Below, piece after piece: positions 57,993 to 64,000 of a stretch of DNA of 64,000 nucleotides (within the stretch, counting starts at the first letter, position 1; the number at the start of each line of letters is the position of its first letter). The notes below the pieces were generated by a model that searched no databases, was not told the DNA's origin, and was given only the letters and a program-made list of their open reading frames with translations. Location of the stretch: assembly GCA_963783575.1 (NCBI GenBank), contig CAWAOD010000006.1:1-64000 (forward strand), written 5' to 3'. The stretch comes from an uncultured Spirochaetota bacterium. GTDB taxonomy: Bacteria; Spirochaetota; Brevinematia; Brevinematales; JAOACQ01. The translations under genes were made by a program, and so were the position numbers.

Positions 57993-58874
57993 TCAATAGA
58001 GATTATAATCGTTTTTATTTTCACCAAAATAATAAGCTAAACCTGCACTGAAAAGATTTTTATCCAGTGATGATGGAGAGAATGAAACGCTGTATTCAAA
58101 ATGTCCGCTTCTTTTTATCAATAATACCGTTATATAGTCATAAACATTATATAATATTCCGAAACGGTACATAACCGATAATTTCAGATCTTTTTTATAA
58201 TTTTCAAACTCAGCCTTTGCCTTTAATATTCTATTGATATTATCAGAATAAAAACAGCCCAGGCAAATGCAGGATTTCGCATAGTGAAATTCATAACTGT
58301 AGCCGATTTCACCTGTTATTTTTTGATCATTATACCCGGCTTTCCCGTATAACTTGCCTAAACGGCAGTTGTATTCCATATAACCGTCCCAAAAACTCCC
58401 ATCCCAGTTTTTAACAGTTCCGATAATCTGATAATCGGACCCTCCATCTATGCCGGCCCATAAATTGTTAACCGAAACTAATGAATGAAGAATAAAAAAA
58501 TATTGACTGCCATCCACAATGTTAATTTCATGGTATGTCTGATTATCCGATTCTACGAATTCAAAACTGCCTAGGGAAGTATAACCGGCTTTACCTCCGA
58601 ATGATAACCCGATTTTATTTAACATTAAAGCAGTTTGAAAAGCCCCGATTGTACTCCAGGTATCGGCAATATATTGCTGATAATAAACTCCGGCATAGCT
58701 TTTCCCATAATCTGGAAATTGTTCAAACAAAAGATCAAACGGATACAGATTAATTTTGAATGCAAAAATTAATAAGGCTGTAATTATAATACAAGCAATT
58801 TTTTCACAATGTGATTTTCTTTCCCGTTTTGGAATAGAATAAAATAAATCCCGGTCTTGAGGCTTGTTTTCCAT
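57993..58874 (-). CDS. Hypothetical exported protein, probable outer-membrane beta-barrel (start uncertain)
   Basis: Signal-like hydrophobic stretch; alternating Gly/aromatic strands; ends FSAGLAYYF. Confidence 0.55.
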   Translation of the reverse strand: MENKPQDRDLFYSIPKRERKSHCEKIACIIITALLIFAFKINLYPFDLLFEQFPDYGKSYAGVYYQQYIADTWSTIGAFQTALMLNKIGLSFGGKAGYTSLGSFEFVESDNQTYHEINIVDGSQYFFILHSLVSVNNLWAGIDGGSDYQIIGTVKNWDGSFWDGYMEYNCRLGKLYGKAGYNDQKITGEIGYSYEFHYAKSCICLGCFYSDNINRILKAKAEFENYKKDLKLSVMYRFGILYNVYDYITVLLIKRSGHFEYSVSFSPSSLDKNLFSAGLAYYFGENKNDYNLY

Positions 58875-60725
58875 AAAATCTCTCCATTATCAGGTTGGTT
58901 TAAGTTTTTTATTAAGTTTCCGCAATGGTCCAGTACTAATATCTGTGCATCCGGCGGTAAATTTATAAAATGAAATTGAGTTTCATTATCTCCAAAGGCC
59001 GGATTTGGAAAAACCAAAGCATTATTCAAGTTATCGCCCTGTATTGAAAGTTTCCAGCCTTCTTTTATATAATAAAAACTTGAAATTGCCTGTTTACCGC
59101 TTGAATCGTCCGAATAAATAACTTCATTTTTCTGGCCGTTCTCAACCTGCAGTATTCCGTCATTCTTAACTGCAGATAAATCGGACACCGGGATAACAGC
59201 TTCAAAATAAATTCCATAATTGGTAAGTGTGAAATTTTCCTGATCCGATCCATTCCTGACAATAATATTAACATACGGCCGGGCATTATTAGTATTTATC
59301 AAATAGATTATATTGCTTCCGGTTACAGAAATATCTTTCACCCATAAAAGAGGGAAATCACCGCCATTACTTGCCGCAAATGAAGCCTTTTGTTTCTTAA
59401 AAACCTCATGATAATTTGAGTCATAAACTCCATTGGGAACTCTTGCTATCGCCTCATCGGCTGCTGTAATAGAATTCCCCGAGGGGGCATTATTCAATGT
59501 TCCGTCACCGGTTATATCATTATTTCCGTATTCTATCTCATCGATCATTTTACCGTTAATCAAGGGGGAGCCGTCATAAAGTCCCAGATAAGCTTCATTG
59601 TCAAGCCCTCCGTCTGCACAAAAAACAGCATAACCGAGACCTGGAATCATGCCGTGAAATGAATTTACAGTACCGTTGTATTTGAATGTTAATTTTTTTA
59701 TCTTTTCACTATTTTTGTTTTTAACAATCAAATAAAAATTTGTAGTTGGAATCATGTTCTTCTGTTCTGTTTATAAGTTCCAGCCAATCGTCGGATGAAC
59801 CCGGCTTTCCCGGGCCGGGTATGCCTGTCCATCCGCCTCCGCTGTAATCAATCTTTGGATCGGTTACAATCTCATTAATAAGAATTTTCCTATAAAATTC
59901 TGAAATAGGGCGGGAATCAAGGTACCTGAGCATAAAATTATTATTTCCATATGAAAATATTATATCTTCACCATGAGGCAATCCCTTCGGCGGAATAAAT
60001 ATTCCGGAATAATTACCCTGATTATCTTTTGTTAACGGTAGTAATCCCTGATTTCCCGAAAATATAAAATTGATTTTGAGATATATAACATTATCTTCAC
60101 ATTCTTTGTTTTTACAATAAATTTTAGTCTGTTCGTTTTCATGAAATATTTGTTTGTCGGAATAAATATAACATTCATTATTTATGCCGGCTGAAGGTTT
60201 TGTTATTTCATAATTATTTCCTGTTAATGATAAAGAATCATTGGTATCAACCAGGCTATCCGGAGGTATATAATATTGATTGCATCTGAATATATCATTC
60301 CCGGTAGATGATGTTACTTTAATAAACGGAATAAGTCCCGCCCAGGAATAAGCAGTAAATGCCTGATTCCTGGGCTTGACTATTAAGGAGTTCGATGAGA
60401 AAACTATAAGTCCGTCGTTCTTGTTGTATTCTTCAGAAAGAATAACGGCATATTGCCCGGGGTTAATGATCATTGAGTCGGTTATCACCCAGTTTTGTGC
60501 TAAATTAAAACTTCCGGGACAAACCTTTAGATTTGTATACGTATTCTTATCTTTGGGAAGAACAAGAACAAGATTTGATAAATTAAACGGCACCGGTGTT
60601 TCATTAAATAATTCAATAAATCTGTCATCATTACAAAAATATCCACCTGTTTTATAAAATATCTCGGTTATCTGCAAAGGGTAATTTATATTGAAAATAA
60701 GAAATAAGAATATGAAATATTTCAT
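58784..60725 (-). CDS. Secreted lamin-tail-domain protein with T9SS type A-like C-terminal sorting domain (frameshift ~59757)
   Basis: Signal peptide; two LTD motifs ITEI...FIELFN and INEI...DWLELIN; C-terminus VFPNP...GIYF...KKLLVL. Confidence 0.72.
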
Positions 60726-60750
60726 CTTTACATCCTATAAATTTTAAACA

Positions 60751-60953
60751 TAATGTCAAAAGTTTTTAATGTAAAATTTAATAACTTATTACTCTGTTAA
60801 AAATAATACATGATTTCCTGATCTCCACTCCTGCGGAGGGGAAATGATCAAACCAATTATTTTCATACTTTTATCTCTTTTTTCACCTGTCTGCCACCTA
60901 CCTGCCGGAGATCCCGTTGTAGGCAGGCCAGGCAGGTAAAACTTTTGACATTA
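60751..60953. mobile_element. MITE-like element with perfect 16-bp terminal inverted repeats
   Basis: taatgtcaaaagtttt (60751-60766) and aaaacttttgacatta (60938-60953); non-coding interior with hairpins. Confidence 0.6.
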
Positions 60954-60985
60954 CCATTTCAAATCAAGGTCAAAAGGAACTCTTG

Positions 60986-61813
60986 TTACAATCTTTTAAT
61001 CCAGAATTCCGCTTTTTCACAGTATGCTGTTTTCTTATAATCCCAATCTTCTATTATAATCTTAAATATCTTTTTGGCTTCATCCTTTCTGCCGGAATCC
61101 TTTAATTCCATTCCATAAGAATAATAAGAAGCGGCAAGTTTTTTACATATTAATTCCAGAGCATCTTTATCCTGATTATAAGACAACGCCTTTGCCTTCT
61201 TAAGGGCCCAGATAGACTGCTCAAATTTGCCGGTTTCAAAAAATAATTTCCCGAATTCATAATAAGTCCAGCAATCCTGTCTGGCTTGAAGGCTTTTTTG
61301 AAAAAATACCGCTGATTTTTCGTATTCTTTTAATTCTCTGCAGCACTTGGCAATACCATTATATGTATATGGCTCATTTTTATCTTTATCCATAATCAGA
61401 ACTTTTTCATAAGCCTGAAGGGCTGTGCGGAACATTCCCATGTCATATTCAAGACCGGCATATTCCGACAATACATCGCAGTTTTTATCAAAAAATTGAA
61501 CGGCATTTGACATAATGGAGAGGCCGAGATCCGGCCTCCCTGACCTATTGTAGTTTTTTGAGAGTTGAATATAAAAAAATGAATTATCAGGTTCCAGGTC
61601 AAGACAATTTTTATAAAGTCTGACTGCTTCATCCCATTTTTTATTTTTTTCGTAATAATTTCCAAGATAGGAAAGATAATGTGTATTTGAAGGATTTTCT
61701 TTAATTTTTAATATCAATGAGTCATAATCCAGGTTTTCTTTTATATGGAAAACCCTGGCGAAATCTAATGAAATGGAAAATAAAAATATTAGAAGAAATA
61801 TTATGATTCTCAT
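60986..61813 (-). CDS. Exported tetratricopeptide repeat protein
   Basis: Signal peptide; repeated TPR patterns such as LGNYY...EAVRLYKNCLDLEP. Confidence 0.88.
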   Translation of the reverse strand: MRIIIFLLIFLFSISLDFARVFHIKENLDYDSLILKIKENPSNTHYLSYLGNYYEKNKKWDEAVRLYKNCLDLEPDNSFFYIQLSKNYNRSGRPDLGLSIMSNAVQFFDKNCDVLSEYAGLEYDMGMFRTALQAYEKVLIMDKDKNEPYTYNGIAKCCRELKEYEKSAVFFQKSLQARQDCWTYYEFGKLFFETGKFEQSIWALKKAKALSYNQDKDALELICKKLAASYYSYGMELKDSGRKDEAKKIFKIIIEDWDYKKTAYCEKAEFWIKRL

Positions 61814-61923
61814 GAATTTACTCCGGTGTATTTTTTTTCATAAATAGGTTACACCGGAAAAAGCATCCGGATCAATATGCTTTTAGTTACATTTTTATAT
61901 GACGGAGGTCATAATTTGAGAGT

Positions 61924-62376
61924 TTATAAAATTTCAAGTACTTCTTTAGCATGGTTTTCGGGGGTTACTTTTGGAAAAACCTTAATTAAATATCCATTTT
62001 CATCGACAACAAATGTTGAGCGGATAATCCCCATAACAATTTTACCGTAATTATTTTTCTCGCCCCAGGCACCGTATGATTCAAGCGCCTTATGCTCCTC
62101 ATCACTTAAAAGATAAAATGGCAGACCGTATTTTTTCCTGAATTTTTGATGAGAATCGGAATCATCGGCGCTTATTCCAATAACAACTGCCCCTTTAGCC
62201 AGAAAATCGTCATAAGCGTCCCTGAAACTGCAAGCTTCTTTGGTACAACCAGGTGTGTCATCTTTCGGATAAAAATAAACCACAACTTTTTTCCCCTTGA
62301 ATTCCGATAAACTTACAGTTTTACCTTCAGGGGAAATAAGGCTGAAATCAGGTGCTTTATCACCGGCTTTTAACAT
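61924..62376 (-). CDS. bcp: Thioredoxin-dependent peroxiredoxin Bcp
   Basis: [16 protein letters not shown]. Confidence 0.96.
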   Translation of the reverse strand: MLKAGDKAPDFSLISPEGKTVSLSEFKGKKVVVYFYPKDDTPGCTKEACSFRDAYDDFLAKGAVVIGISADDSDSHQKFRKKYGLPFYLLSDEEHKALESYGAWGEKNNYGKIVMGIIRSTFVVDENGYLIKVFPKVTPENHAKEVLEIL

Positions 62377-62757
62377 ATAAACCTCCTTACCACCGTAGGA
62401 ATGTAAGACTATTTTTACTCTTCATGTTAAATTAATTATAAAATTGAATTCAGACAAGTATAATAAGTTTTGAGAGGAATAAATAAATAATCCATTTTAT
62501 TAATTAATGGACAAATAATCTGAAAATTGAGTGTTATTAATAAAACATATTCATTCAATTGATTTTTAAAAAGAAATGCGTTACGATATATTAATAAAAA
62601 ATCATTCGAATCCATAAGAAAGTTTTAATTGATTTCTTTTATATTTTATTTCCAAAAAGCAAAATGTTATATAAACAAAAGTTAATTAAATTGTTAAATT
62701 CCGAACAGACTCTGTTGATTTAATATGATAACTAATTGGCAGGTAAAGGAGAGCCTT

Positions 62758-64000
62758 ATGCTGAAAGGATTAATATTTTTGGTGTTTATTCCTTCAATTA
62801 CATTTGCACTGATAGATCAGAAGATTCGTATTGCTGTTTTAGATCTGGAACCTATGGAAGGAGTATCATCCAACCGTGCACAGGCCCTAAGTGAAATTCT
62901 CAGGACTGAAATAGCTGGAACCGGGGTTTTTGAAGTTATTGAAAGAGGACAAATTGTAAAACAAATGGAAGAAGCAAAATTCCAATTAAGCGGTTTAACA
63001 TCGGATTCTGATATTAATGGTAGGATAGAGCTAGGCAAGGTCCTGGGTATAAAAAGGGCGATTATAGGATCGATAATAGAAATTGAAGGAACAATAACAA
63101 TAAATGTTCGCCTTATAAATATGGAAACGGGTAATATTGACATACCGCAAAGTTTTTATACCTCAAAAGATAAAGTTGTATTTGAAATGAAAGATATAGC
63201 AAAAGCAATATCCGATAAGGCAAATCTGGAGATGATCCAGATTAACGCTGCCGATATTGAGACTCTTATCGCCTCGGAAGATTTTGAAAAAGCAAAAGAA
63301 AAACTTGAAATATATATAAAACAATCCGGAAAGAATACAAAATCACAAGAATTAGTAGTTAAGATAAACAAAGGACTTGCGAAGAATAAATATAATCAGT
63401 CAAAAGAGTCATATGGTAAAGGGGATCTGGATACCGCAAAAACAGTGATTGAAGAAGCTCAAAAATTAGATCCGGAAAACAAAGATTATGCTGCCTTTTC
63501 AGTAATAATACAAAATGCCCTCAATAATAAAAAGAATGAGGAGGAAAGTAAGAGTTTCTGGCTTAATAGAGGATCAAACATGAAATACGGCGGATTGGAT
63601 ATTTTTACGGCTAAGTTCAATGGATTGAATAAAACTATGGCTGAACAATTTCCAATGCTTATAGGCGCGGGAGGCAATCTTCAATTGCCGATGGGAAAAT
63701 ATGCTACATTATATAATAAATTCAGTTATATCGGCCTATTGGGAAATACTCCGAAAGATTTGCCTTCGTACCTTCAGAAAATGTCAATCATGGAAATGAT
63801 TTATAATGGCGGACTGCGTCTTCACCTAATGATGTTCACCATAGTTGATTTTTATGTACAGGGTGGGGTGAACTATACTTATTACCAGGAAAGCCTCCAG
63901 GATGACAAATACAGCTTTAATGCAGAATTAAACGGTTGGGGGTTTGAGGCGGGAGGTGGAATAAAGGGAATGATCACAACATCATTCGGTTTGTATGCCG
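62758..64000 (+). CDS. CsgG/HfaB-like domain + TPR-like helices + beta-barrel-like C-terminus (runs off the window; not in ORF track)
   Basis: Manual translation: signal peptide, IAVLDL...FEVIERGQI...ELGKVLG...INVRLINMETG, then amphipathic strands; RBS aggag. Confidence 0.75.
   Translation, partial: MLKGLIFLVFIPSITFALIDQKIRIAVLDLEPMEGVSSNRAQALSEILRTEIAGTGVFEVIERGQIVKQMEEAKFQLSGLTSDSDINGRIELGKVLGIKRAIIGSIIEIEGTITINVRLINMETGNIDIPQSFYTSKDKVVFEMKDIAKAISDKANLEMIQINAADIETLIASEDFEKAKEKLEIYIKQSGKNTKSQELVVKINKGLAKNKYNQSKESYGKGDLDTAKTVIEEAQKLDPENKDYAAFSVIIQNALNNKKNEEESKSFWLNRGSNMKYGGLDIFTAKFNGLNKTMAEQFPMLIGAGGNLQLPMGKYATLYNKFSYIGLLGNTPKDLPSYLQKMSIMEMIYNGGLRLHLMMFTIVDFYVQGGVNYTYYQESLQDDKYSFNAELNGWGFEAGGGIKGMITTSFGLYA

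Overview
AT-rich bacterial chromosomal window from a diderm organism (lipoproteins and beta-barrel-like proteins; a spirochaete-like host is only a weak guess). Positions 1-31232 form one ~31 kb near-perfect palindrome: 1-15594 is the reverse complement of 15618-31232, folded inside rplB around a 23-nt unpaired spacer. Each arm carries the 3' part of the S10-spc-alpha ribosomal superoperon (rplB fragment to rplQ), an EcfT-like gene, hom and a polysaccharide deacetylase. The fold truncates an essential gene and both arms carry different frameshifts, so it is most likely a fold-back read/assembly artefact, although the substitutions between arms are oddly biased to synonymous sites. The single-copy part (31.2-64 kb) holds housekeeping genes (hemW, nudC, an orphan gyrA/parC, pheS, pheT, ilvC, murA, bcp) and accessory genes. 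The best biological leads are: a lamin-tail-domain protein with a T9SS-type C-terminal sorting signal next to a beta-barrel gene; a class III nucleotidyl cyclase with non-canonical specificity residues; a membrane-bound LuxR regulator with a candidate operator and a beta-helix lipoprotein target; a structured insert between rpsS and rplV; a dispersed tandem-GA REP-like hairpin family; and a MITE-like element with 16-bp terminal inverted repeats. No rRNA, tRNA or CRISPR array was seen.
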